Shown one piece after another: positions 1 through 9,482 of a stretch of DNA of 64,000 nucleotides (positions are counted from its first letter, which is position 1; each line of letters opens with the position of its first letter). Source of the DNA: a bacterium (lineage in GTDB: Bacteria; SAR324; NAC60-12). Both the position numbers and the translations under genes were made by a program. The notes beneath the pieces were generated by a model. It had not been told where the DNA came from, made no database searches, and saw nothing but the letters and a program-made list of their open reading frames with translations. Location: NCBI GenBank assembly GCA_965209155.1, contig OZ242383.1:384001-448000 (forward strand), given 5' to 3'.

Positions 1-1029
1 TCACTGGCCCGTATGGTCCTGCAACAACAAAAAGCCCTCTCCTTCCCTTTGAAATGGTTTTCCATTCCCCAATGTTTTCGCTATGAACGCATGATGCGTG
101 GACGGAGAAGGGAACATTTTCAATGGAACGCCGATATTATTGGAGAATCGAGCGTGACGGCAGAAGCAGAAATCATTTCTTTGCTCTTGTCGGGTTGTAA
201 AAACCTGGGGCTTACCGCGCAAGACGTTCGTCTCTTCTTCAACGATCGCCGTGTTCTCAATGAAATTCTCACCGTCCTGGAAGTCCCTGAATCCTTGCAT
301 GATAAAGTGATGATCGTGATGGACAAACGGGATAAAATCTCTGAAGACGCATTTACCGAATTATTGCAAAAAGAACGACTCACCCGTGCCCAAATCAATG
401 AGTTGATTGGATTTCTGGCAATCACGGGAATAGACGAGTTGGCCGAAAAGTTGGGCGGTGGCAAAGCGATGGAATCATTAAAAAGCGTCATGGAAATGGT
501 CAATCAGGCGGGCTTTGGGGAATATCTGAAATTCGATATCTCCATCGTTCGGGGGCTGTCCTACTACACGGGCGTGATTTTCGAATTGAAAGATGTTCAA
601 AAAGGACATCGTTCCCTCTGTGGAGGAGGGCGTTACGATTCTTTGCTTTCCACTTACGGAGGCGATACGATTCCGGCAGTGGGCTTCGGATTCGGAGATA
701 TTCCCATTACGGACATGTTGTCGGACCTGGAGCGTTTGCCTGAATTGAGCCGTCATCTGGATTTTATGGTGGTGCCGTTTTCGGCGCAAGAGAAGGGCAT
801 GGCGCTTGGCATCAGCAACAAGCTTCGACAACAAGGTGCCAGGGTGGAATGTGATTACAGCCTGAAAAAAATCAAAAGGGTTCTGCAACGGGCTGATGAA
901 TTAAACGTACATAAAGTGGTCCTGCTATTTCCTGAGGAATTGGCCAAGGGAGAAGTTGTCGTGAGAGATATGAAAACCCGTCAACAAAAAAATATTTTGA
1001 TTGAAGACCTGCTGCTGGAAAACCAATAA
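1..1029 (+). CDS. hisS: Histidyl-tRNA synthetase, 5'-partial (runs off window start)
   Basis: Frame open from base 1; class II motifs FRYER..RGRRREHFQW, RGLSYYTG, GGGRYD, AVGFGFG; C-terminal anticodon-binding domain. Confidence 0.95.
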   Translation, partial: SLARMVLQQQKALSFPLKWFSIPQCFRYERMMRGRRREHFQWNADIIGESSVTAEAEIISLLLSGCKNLGLTAQDVRLFFNDRRVLNEILTVLEVPESLHDKVMIVMDKRDKISEDAFTELLQKERLTRAQINELIGFLAITGIDELAEKLGGGKAMESLKSVMEMVNQAGFGEYLKFDISIVRGLSYYTGVIFELKDVQKGHRSLCGGGRYDSLLSTYGGDTIPAVGFGFGDIPITDMLSDLERLPELSRHLDFMVVPFSAQEKGMALGISNKLRQQGARVECDYSLKKIKRVLQRADELNVHKVVLLFPEELAKGEVVVRDMKTRQQKNILIEDLLLENQ

Positions 1030-1066
1030 CCTCTTCTTGTTTACGATTTTATCATTGAATACATCG

Positions 1067-1585
1067 ATGCGAATTGCGTTCTTAACTGTTGCTTTGTTAG
1101 TGCTTTTGGATCAAGGGTCCAAAATATGGATACGTATGCATATTGATTCATATCAGATCGTTCCTTTACTGCCCGATTTTCTGGAATTGACGCGGGTACA
1201 AAACAAAGGGGTGAGTTTCAGTTTCATGGCAGATTGGCCGGAAAGCATTCGCCTTCCTCTATTGCTTTCCATTTCTACAATCGCGGTGGTGGCAATGTTG
1301 TATTTTCTCATCGCGTATTGGAAATCGAATGATTTTTTCATGAAAACTGCATTGGTCATGATCATTGCAGGCGCATTGGGAAATTTGATCGACCGCGCGA
1401 TTTACGGCTCGGTGACGGATTTCCTCCATTTCCGTTGGTATGACCTCAGTTTTTTCGTGAACAACCTGGCCGATTGTTTCATCAGCGTGGGCGTGTGTTT
1501 TTTCATCCTTTCCACCGTGTTCGGAAATACAAAGAAACCGTCCGAACTGGAACCTTCTTCGGAAACTTCTTCTCACAGTCCGTAA
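1067..1585 (+). CDS. lspA: Lipoprotein signal peptidase II
   Basis: LDQGSK, NKGVSFS, GALGNLIDR, VTDF, NLAD motifs; ATG 1067 chosen over ORF start 1001. Confidence 0.93.
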   Translation: MRIAFLTVALLVLLDQGSKIWIRMHIDSYQIVPLLPDFLELTRVQNKGVSFSFMADWPESIRLPLLLSISTIAVVAMLYFLIAYWKSNDFFMKTALVMIIAGALGNLIDRAIYGSVTDFLHFRWYDLSFFVNNLADCFISVGVCFFILSTVFGNTKKPSELEPSSETSSHSP

Positions 1586-1801
1586 TTCTCCTTGATTTAT
1601 CTCTCGTTTGCGCCACTTTTCGTCTACGCCCTCGGACTAATCAGGTGGAGTAGTCGTTGAAAAAGGCTCATTGTTCATTGGGTTGAATCCGTGTTATATT
1701 CGCTCGGTGATTGCCATCTTGTGAAGGAGTTGCGATTTCTCCTGTAACGCAGGTGGCCCGGCATACTCGAGACACAAAACTGAGAGGAAAAGGAGTCCCC
1801 A

Positions 1802-2674
1802 TTGGATAGCGAAAGCCCCATCCGGGAAGGACAGGTTCTGAGTGGCCCGTTGTTCCGTGAAACAATGAGATTGGAAACCGTTCGCATGAACGGAGCCGGC
1901 ACCTGGGATGCGGGTCTCGTCGGTCAACAATCGGAGTTCTTTGACGAGGTGCGCAAGGAACGACTGCCCGAGCTCGAGCGCGTTGCTGAACACGTCGAAC
2001 TCTCATTGACCGAAGTATTGCAACGTCTCGACCAGGAAATAGGCCGTGCCGCCGAAGAAGTGGAGAATCAGGTCCTTGGTGCCGAGGGACGTCAGGCGCA
2101 AGCCGAAATCCGTCACAACGAAGCGCTGGCGCGGCGAGACCGGCGTCGGCAGGAACTCGACCGGCAGCGAGCGTTGACTCTACAGGGAGTCGAGCGTTTG
2201 GCCAGCGTCCTGGTCCTGCCCCACCCGGAAGCCGATTCTCCGGAAGTGCGACGCCTGCGACCCAACGCTGAGACCGAAATGATCGCCATGAGGCGGGTCA
2301 TGGAGCATGAAAAAGCCCGGGGAAGACAAGTCTACGACGTCCACGAGAAGAACCTGGGCTACGATGTGACCAGTCTGGACCTGGATTCCGGAGAACTGCG
2401 TTTGATCGAAGTCAAGGGGCTCTCCGCCGCTACGGGTACCATCCTGCTCACGCCGAATGAGCGCCGCGTCGCCGAAGACCGTCCCGATTGTTACTGGCTC
2501 TACGTGGTCACCCACTGCGCGAGCGACCCGGAACTTCAGGAACCGGTCAGAAATCCCGCCCGCTTCCCCTGGCGCCCGGTCACCAAGGTGCAACACTACT
2601 GGCTCCAAGTGAACGCCCTGACCCAACCAATGCAAGTCAGCGAACTTCCACAAAAGTACAATGGATCACAATGA
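1802..2674 (+). CDS. DUF3883 (PD-(D/E)XK-like) nuclease-domain protein; looks like an SNF2 helicase-DUF3883 gene with its helicase core deleted in frame
   Basis: AAGGAG RBS before TTG; C-terminal NLGYDVTS...RLIEVKG...YWLYVV motif; N-terminal IREGQVLSGPLF resembles the start of long SNF2-DUF3883 proteins; no helicase motifs in between. Confidence 0.7.
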   Translation: MDSESPIREGQVLSGPLFRETMRLETVRMNGAGTWDAGLVGQQSEFFDEVRKERLPELERVAEHVELSLTEVLQRLDQEIGRAAEEVENQVLGAEGRQAQAEIRHNEALARRDRRRQELDRQRALTLQGVERLASVLVLPHPEADSPEVRRLRPNAETEMIAMRRVMEHEKARGRQVYDVHEKNLGYDVTSLDLDSGELRLIEVKGLSAATGTILLTPNERRVAEDRPDCYWLYVVTHCASDPELQEPVRNPARFPWRPVTKVQHYWLQVNALTQPMQVSELPQKYNGSQ

Positions 2675-2689
2675 ACGCCAGGAAAAGCA

Positions 2690-3841
2690 ATGAGCGATAA
2701 CTTGAAAATCCGAAGACTCCATTTGCGAAATTGGAAGAATTTTCACGATGTCGAGGTTGCCATAGAAGATCGTGTCTTTCTCGTAGGTCCCAACGCGTCG
2801 GGAAAATCCAATTTTCTCGATGTTTTCCGCTTCTTGCGTGATCTCGCTTCGACCGGAGGCGGTTTTCAGGACGCGGTTTTACGACGGCGCGGGGTGAGCG
2901 CTATTCGATGCCTGGCGGCACGCCGGCATTCGAACATAGAAGCGTATGTCGAACTGCAGGATTCAAGAACAGGAGTCCAGTGGAAATATGAAATCGTTTT
3001 CTCTCAGGACAACCGTCAGCGCCCCATAATTCGCAAGGAACAGGTAACGCGTGATAACGAGTTAATCGTCGACCGGCCCAACGGAGATGACGAGAAAGAT
3101 CCCGCGCGCTTGAAACAGACCTATCTCGAGCAAGTGAACGTCAACCAGCCCTTTCGTGAATTGATCGAATTCTTCACTTCCATCCGCTATCTGCACATCG
3201 TCCCGCAACTCGTGCGGGAACCCGGTCGCTCACTCGGCCGATTGAACGATCCCTTCGGCGGCGATTTCCTCGAACAGGTCACGAGGACTCCGGAACGGAC
3301 CCGTAACGCGAGATTCAAGCGTATTCAGGACGCACTGCGGTTTGCGGTTCCACAGCTCGAAGAGATTGATCTCTGGCGCGACGATCGTGGCACGCCGCAC
3401 TTGCGAGGAAAATATCAACACTGGCGCCCGCAAGGAGCCTGGCAGACGGAGGAACAATTCTCGGACGGGACTTTACGCCTGGTGGGGCTTCTCTGGGCAA
3501 CCATGGAAAAGAAGGGACCGTTGTTGCTCGAAGAACCGGAACTCTCGCTCCATCCGGAGGTGGTGCGTAAGTTACCCCAGATGTTGACCCGGGTTCAACG
3601 GAAAACGGGCCGTCAGATCTTCCTGAGCACCCACTCACCAGAACTGCTGCAAGACGAAGGTATCGGGCTCGACGAGACCCTGCTCATCATTCCCAATGCG
3701 GAAGGCGTCAATGTCACTGCGGCTGCATCGTACCGGGAATCCCGTGATCTGCTGGAAGGCGGTCTTTCGCTTGCGGACGTTGTGATCCCCAAAACCCAAC
3801 CTGAGCAAGTGGAACAACTCTCCTTGTTCCCGGATTCTTGA
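2690..3841 (+). CDS. ABC/SMC-like ATPase (AAA_21-type)
   Basis: Walker A GPNASGKS, signature FSDGT, Walker B LLLEEPE, H-loop STHS. Confidence 0.9.
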   Translation: MSDNLKIRRLHLRNWKNFHDVEVAIEDRVFLVGPNASGKSNFLDVFRFLRDLASTGGGFQDAVLRRRGVSAIRCLAARRHSNIEAYVELQDSRTGVQWKYEIVFSQDNRQRPIIRKEQVTRDNELIVDRPNGDDEKDPARLKQTYLEQVNVNQPFRELIEFFTSIRYLHIVPQLVREPGRSLGRLNDPFGGDFLEQVTRTPERTRNARFKRIQDALRFAVPQLEEIDLWRDDRGTPHLRGKYQHWRPQGAWQTEEQFSDGTLRLVGLLWATMEKKGPLLLEEPELSLHPEVVRKLPQMLTRVQRKTGRQIFLSTHSPELLQDEGIGLDETLLIIPNAEGVNVTAAASYRESRDLLEGGLSLADVVIPKTQPEQVEQLSLFPDS

Positions 3842-4467
3842 GCATGTCCGTGTTTGTTGTTATCTCCGCTGCGGTCGAAGGCGACGTCGACGAAGCGATT
3901 GTACGGAAACTCGTCGCTCATGCGGGTGGACAAATCGGGAACGTGTATGGTAAGAACGGGAAATCCATGCTGCGGAAGAATATCAACGGTTACAACAATG
4001 CGGCTCGTCGTACTCCCTGGCTGGTACTCATCGACCTCGACAATGATGCCGATTGCGCACCAACGGTACGGGAAGAATGGATACCGGCCCCTGCGACTCA
4101 TCTTTGTTTCCGAATCGCCGTACGTGAAGTCGAGGCCTGGCTCATGGCGGATGCCACGACACTCGCTCGTTACCTGGGCGTGTCAGCAAACAAAATCCCG
4201 GCAGAACCCGAGCAGCTCGCACGTCCGAAAGATGCTATGGTCCACCTGGCACGTCAGTCCCGTCGTTTGGTCATTCGTGGAGACATGGTGCCGCGGATAA
4301 AAAGCGGACGTCGCGTAGGCCCGGCATATCCATCGCGACTCGTGGAATTCGTCCGAAATCATTGGCAGCCCGATGTCGCTGCCCAACATTCAGAGAGTCT
4401 TAAAAGATCAATCGATTGCTTGCAATGGCTTATCAGGAAGACTAGCAAGGAGACTGAACGACTATGA
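3838..4467 (+). CDS. TOPRIM-like (DUF4276/RloB-like) partner of the upstream ATPase
   Basis: VEGDVDE and IDLDND acidic motifs, REVEAWLMAD; overlaps both neighbours. Confidence 0.65.
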   Translation: MSMSVFVVISAAVEGDVDEAIVRKLVAHAGGQIGNVYGKNGKSMLRKNINGYNNAARRTPWLVLIDLDNDADCAPTVREEWIPAPATHLCFRIAVREVEAWLMADATTLARYLGVSANKIPAEPEQLARPKDAMVHLARQSRRLVIRGDMVPRIKSGRRVGPAYPSRLVEFVRNHWQPDVAAQHSESLKRSIDCLQWLIRKTSKETERL

Positions 4468-7438
4468 TCCCGAGAGAATGCAAACGACTGGCGGAGGTGG
4501 ACTTTCCTATTGCTGAGGTCTCCAGGCATGCGGTGCGGGAGAAATCGATCCGGCACGGGCATCCTTCGACGCTGCACCTGTGGTGGGCGCGACGACCGCT
4601 GGCTTCGTCACGTGCGGTATTGGTAGCGTTGCTGCTGCCAGACCCGTGTGACGAGCATTGTCCACCAAGCTTCAAGGAGGAGGCGCGCAGATATTTACCG
4701 CAAATTGCCGGTTGCCGTCCGGATGCCACGGACAAAGGGTTGCGTAAGGCACTCTTGCGGTTCATCGCCGACTTTGCCAACTGGAACCTGGCTGCGAACC
4801 AGAGCTACCTCGAGGTGAGTCGTGCCCTGGTGAAGGCGGCCCATGGTGATGAACCTCCTTTAGTCGTGGACCCCTTCGCGGGCGGGGGTTCGATTCCACT
4901 GGAGGCCCTGCGGCTTGGTTGTGAAACCTTCGCCAGCGATCTCAACCAGGTGGCCTGCCTGATCCTCAAGGTGATGCTGGAGGATATCCCGCGCCACGGA
5001 CCGGGATTGGCCGAAGCATTACGCAAAGTCGGTGGCGAGATCAAAGGGAAGGCCGAGCGGGAATTGGAGGACCTCTACCCCCCGGACCCGGACGGCGCCA
5101 CGCCGATTGCCTATCTCTGGGCGCGGACGGTGCGCTGCGAGGCGCCCCAACTGCGGTGCGGAGATCCCGCTGATGCGATAATTCTGGTTGTGCAGGAAGC
5201 CCAAACGCAAGTGGGCGCTCCGTCCCCGGGTGGAATGGTTCGAACACCGTCCCCCGCATGTCCAATTCGAGATTTTTGAACCGAAAACGGACAGGGAAGT
5301 GCGTACCGGTAACGTAACTCGCGCGAAGGCGACGTGTTTGTGTTGTAGCTCCGTGTTACCCCCCGAACGGGTGAGAAAACAACTCGCTGCACAACGGGGT
5401 GGTGCGGACGTCCTCTTCGATGGGCAGGGGCACCGCGTTGGCGGAGCATGGATGACGGCGGTAGTGATTCTCAAATCCGGCCAGACCGGGCGGCATTATC
5501 GTCTTCCCACCAACGCGGACTACGAGGCGGTGCGCCGCTCGCAATCTCGGTTGGCAGACATCCCCGACGAGTAGGAGCGCAATGGCAATCAAGGACTCTG
5601 CCCGGTACCGGATGAGCCAACTCCTGCTGGGGGCGGTTCAGGAGCAGGTCGAGCGTTCAGCGTTCAGCGCTATGGCATGCTGCAGTGGGGTGACCTCTTC
5701 ACGGCAAGGCAAAAGATGGTGTTGGTGGAAATATGTAGAAGTGTTGCTGAATCACAACTGAAAGGGATTTCGAGCGAGTTTGTTGCACTCATTGTCTCTC
5801 GCCTCACTGATCGTTTAGCATCATTGGTGGGTTGGGATGTAGGAGGTGAGAAACTCGGCCATGTCTTCAACCGACAAGCATTGCCAGTAGTTTGGGATTT
5901 TGCTGAGGGAACGCCTTTTTCAGGAGCTACGGGAAGTTACAAAAACGTAGCAAACCAAATTCAAGGCGCGGTTCAATCCATTTCGGGAATTATAGTAGCC
6001 ACCGGTCAAGTCCAATCTGCTGATGCCAGCGACCATCCGTTACCTGACCAGACTGCTGGAGTCTGGTTCACCGACCCTCCTTACTATGATGCGGTACCTT
6101 ACGCAGACCTCTCCGACTTTTTCCTCGTTTGGCTCAAGCGCACGCTGCCCGATAATCCACTGTTACACGATCGGTTCGATTCAGACAATTCCCTCTCACC
6201 TAAGGACGCCGAGGCCGTACAAGACGAAATCAAACAAGTGGATTGCCGACCAAAAGATCGGGAGTGGTTCGAGGAAACAATGGCGGAGGCGTTTGCTGAG
6301 GGCCGCCGGGTACTAGACGCAGATGGGGTTGGTTCCGTCGTCTTCGCCCACAAAACCACTGAGGGCTGGGAGGCGCTGCTTTCCGGTGTGATCCAAGGTG
6401 GTTGGACTATCACCGGCTCTTGGCCTATTGCCACGGAGAGGCCCAATCGTTTTGCGGTCGCGAGACTCCGCCGCCCTCGCCACCAGCATCCACCTCGTCT
6501 GCCGCCCGCGTCCCAAGGACGCGCCCATCGGCGACTGGGCCGACGTGCTGCGCGAGTTTCCCAATCGTGTGGGAGACTGGATGGAGCGATTGCAGGGAGA
6601 AGGCATTCGTGGCGCGGACCTGGTCTTTGCCTGCATCGGCCCGGCTCTCGAAATCTTTAGTCGTTACCGCACCGTGGAGACCGCCGAGGGCCGCCAAGTC
6701 GGTCTATCCGAGTACCTTGAAAAAGTCTGGGAGGTCGTCGGGCGCACCGCATTACAGCAGGTACTCGGTACGGCGGAAGCGAAAGCGCGCAATGAATTGG
6801 CCGGCGCGCTGGAGGAAGACGCCCGCCTGACCGCGCTGTTCCTCTGGACGCTGCAAAGCACGGTCACCTCCGAAGCGAACGATAAACCGGAAGAGGACGA
6901 GGATGCGATTGCCCAAGTAGCGTCAAGGGGATTCAACCTGCCCTTCGACGTCGTGCGTCGTTTCGCCCAACCCATGGGCATCGATCTCAACGTCTGGACC
7001 GGCCGAATCATCAAACAGGAAAAAGGCGTGGTGCGCCTGCTGCCGGTGACCGAGCGGGCCGGAAAACTCTTTGGCGAGGAGGGGGCCAGTGTCGCTGCCG
7101 ATTGGATCGAGCATGAATCGGAAGCCAACCTGCAATTGACACTTTTCCCCGAAATGGATACTCCATCCAGGTCAAGAATCCGACATCGTAGAAGGAAGTC
7201 CATCCTTGATGGTGAAATCGATCTTCAGTCGCTCGAGGCCACCACCCTGGACCGCGTGCACGCGGCTATGATTTTTCAGACAGAAGGTCATACCAACGCG
7301 TTGCGGAAGTTGATCGAAGCCGAACAGGAGCGTAGCCTCGACTTCCTGCGACTTGCCAACGCGCTTTCCGCCCTGTACCCTCGTCACAGTGAAGAAAAGC
7401 GGCTTTTGGACGCGATGCTGCTGGCGGCTCCCAAGTAA
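4464..7438 (+). pseudogene. DUF1156 adenine-specific DNA methyltransferase, disrupted
   Basis: TLHLWWARRPL, DPFAGGGSI, CxxC, FTDPPYYD motifs spread over four ORF pieces; extra C ~5145-5148, TAA 5179-5181, TAG 5572-5574, extra T ~6450. Confidence 0.9.
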
Positions 7439-7450
7439 AAAGGAGAGGTC

Positions 7451-8809
7451 ATGGAGAAAATAACATTGAAAAACTATCGCTGTTTCCGTGAAGAACAAAC
7501 CGCCCGCCTGGCGCCTCTGACTTTGCTCGTAGGCGAAAACAGCAGCGGGAAAACCTCCTTCCTGGCATTGACTCGGGCACTATTAGTCACTGCCTTCCAG
7601 CACGACATTCCCGATTTCAAAAAAGAGCCGTATGACTTGGGCAGCTTTGACGAAATTGCCCATAACCGGGGTGGAAGAGGAAGCCGGGCAAGTACTTTTG
7701 AGGTGGGATTCGAATTCACTCCCAGTCACCCCATAAAGGGCATGGATGTGGCTACCGGTTCCTGTCGCTTTGAGGTGGATTTCGGAAAGAAGGGAACCGT
7801 GCCGTTTCCGGTGAGAAGACGACTTTCGAGAAAGAATCATTGGCTGGAATACAGTCTGCGAAATGATGGATCGTGGTTGCTTTGCTTCAGCACAGTAAAT
7901 AACCGTTGGCAAATAAAGTTGCCCGAATTGCACACTCAGTTTGATGGTGGCTGGATTCCTGCTTTCGATTTCAGTATTGGATTTCTGCTGAATCGCCTAA
8001 GAGACGATGAAAAAGAATTAATTAAATATGTTGCCCCATTGGATGGAATTGATCTACCCACAACGGAAGAATTGAATCTGATTGTTGACGCATCCATGTC
8101 CACGTTTAATCAAAATCAAGCATTGTATGCCGGTGCGCCAATCAGGTCCAAACCGCACCGCACCAACGATCCCTCCCGTACTGCATCGGATCCTGAAGGC
8201 AATTATGTTTCCAGTTATCTTGCCGACCTCTATTTCCGGAATAAAAAGATGTGGACAACTCTCAATGAGCGTCTTGAAGACTTTGGCAAGGCCGCGGGTC
8301 TCTTCGACGAAATATCTATCAAACCATTAGGTAAGCGGGAAATTGAGCCTTTCCAGGTACAGGTCAGGAAATTCGATGGTCGGCGGAAGGGTCCCCCGCG
8401 CAACCTGATCGACGTGGGCTACGGCGTCAGTCAGGTGCTGCCCGTGATAACTGAACTTTTACGCGAGGATGCGCCACCCATGTTCCTCTTGCAGCAGCCG
8501 GAAGTGCATCTCCACCCGAGCGCCCAAGCCGCCCTGGGAAGTTTATTCTGCCAAGTCGCCGGGCCGGAGCGCCAGTTGATCATCGAAACGCACAGCGACC
8601 ATTTGCTCGACCGGGTGCGGATGGACGTTCGCGATGGCACGACTGGTTTAAAACCCGAGGACGTCTCTATCCTGTATTTCGAACGTGGAGAGTTGGACGT
8701 TCGCATTCACTCACTCCGAATCGACGAAGAGGGAAACATCCTTGGCGCTCCCGAGGGTTACCGTCGCTTCTTCATGGAAGAGGTACAGAGGTCGCTATGG
8801 AAGCGATAG
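7451..8809 (+). CDS. ABC-type ATPase with DUF3696-like C-terminus
   Basis: AGGAGAGG RBS; GENSSGKT, DVGYGVSQ, LLQQPEVHLHP, IETHS; C-terminal RIDEEGNILGAPEGY. Confidence 0.85.
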   Translation: MEKITLKNYRCFREEQTARLAPLTLLVGENSSGKTSFLALTRALLVTAFQHDIPDFKKEPYDLGSFDEIAHNRGGRGSRASTFEVGFEFTPSHPIKGMDVATGSCRFEVDFGKKGTVPFPVRRRLSRKNHWLEYSLRNDGSWLLCFSTVNNRWQIKLPELHTQFDGGWIPAFDFSIGFLLNRLRDDEKELIKYVAPLDGIDLPTTEELNLIVDASMSTFNQNQALYAGAPIRSKPHRTNDPSRTASDPEGNYVSSYLADLYFRNKKMWTTLNERLEDFGKAAGLFDEISIKPLGKREIEPFQVQVRKFDGRRKGPPRNLIDVGYGVSQVLPVITELLREDAPPMFLLQQPEVHLHPSAQAALGSLFCQVAGPERQLIIETHSDHLLDRVRMDVRDGTTGLKPEDVSILYFERGELDVRIHSLRIDEEGNILGAPEGYRRFFMEEVQRSLWKR

Positions 8810-8832
8810 AATATCTGGTGAGGATCTGAGCA

Positions 8833-9315
8833 ATGTGCGCAATCGTCGATTTGAACGTCGCCAACGAAGTGTTTGGTCCTGGTCCATGTCCGTCAGGGGA
8901 AAAGTTTCTGGACTGGATCAAGAAGGGAAGTGGCCGTCTGGTGGTTGGAGGTGAACTGCTCGAAGAACTCGAATCGAATTCACCGAGTTTCAGAAAGTGG
9001 GCAGCAATGGCTGTAAATTCCGCAAAGATGCGGATTGTGAATAGAGGCAGGGTTGATGCGAGGTCGGAGGAACTCCGGGAGGGGCAAACACTGGAGTCGG
9101 ACGACCCGCATGTGATTGCCCTGGCTCAAGTCAGCGGCGCCCGTTTGCTGTACACGAACGACGAGGACTTGCAAAAAGACTTCAGGAACAGGAATCTGGT
9201 AAACAATCCGGCAGGAAAAGTTTATTCAACGGAGGCGGAAAAGAACCCGAATAAGAAATTCAGAAAAGTACACAAGAAATTGCTTCGCAGAAACGATCTG
9301 TGCCGGGTCGAGTAG
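8833..9315 (+). CDS. PIN-domain protein (putative ribonuclease)
   Basis: AIVDLNV, DDPHVIALA and LYTNDEDL carry the PIN acidic residues. Confidence 0.75.
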   Translation: MCAIVDLNVANEVFGPGPCPSGEKFLDWIKKGSGRLVVGGELLEELESNSPSFRKWAAMAVNSAKMRIVNRGRVDARSEELREGQTLESDDPHVIALAQVSGARLLYTNDEDLQKDFRNRNLVNNPAGKVYSTEAEKNPNKKFRKVHKKLLRRNDLCRVE

Positions 9316-9356
9316 CTGCGGCAAGATCAGCAAACAACAAATGCGCAGGAGTAAAC

Positions 9357-9482
9357 ATGACCCTTGATCTCTGGTATAAGAGTCCCACCCATCGCAAAGA
9401 GGTCCGGGAGGGTCGCGCATTCATCCCGAAGAAATTAACCGTCAATCGCTCGTGCTGTAGACTGGATGGAGATAACGTATGA
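9357..9482 (+). pseudogene. N-terminal relic of DUF499 ATPase gene (copy 1)
   Basis: AGGAGTAAAC-ATG then MTLDLWYKSPTHRKEVREGRAF, matching the relic at 11167. Confidence 0.6.

Noticed and set aside
1680..1700. attC-like half site GGTTGAATCCGTGTTATAT before the defence island
   Set aside because: No matching left half could be found.
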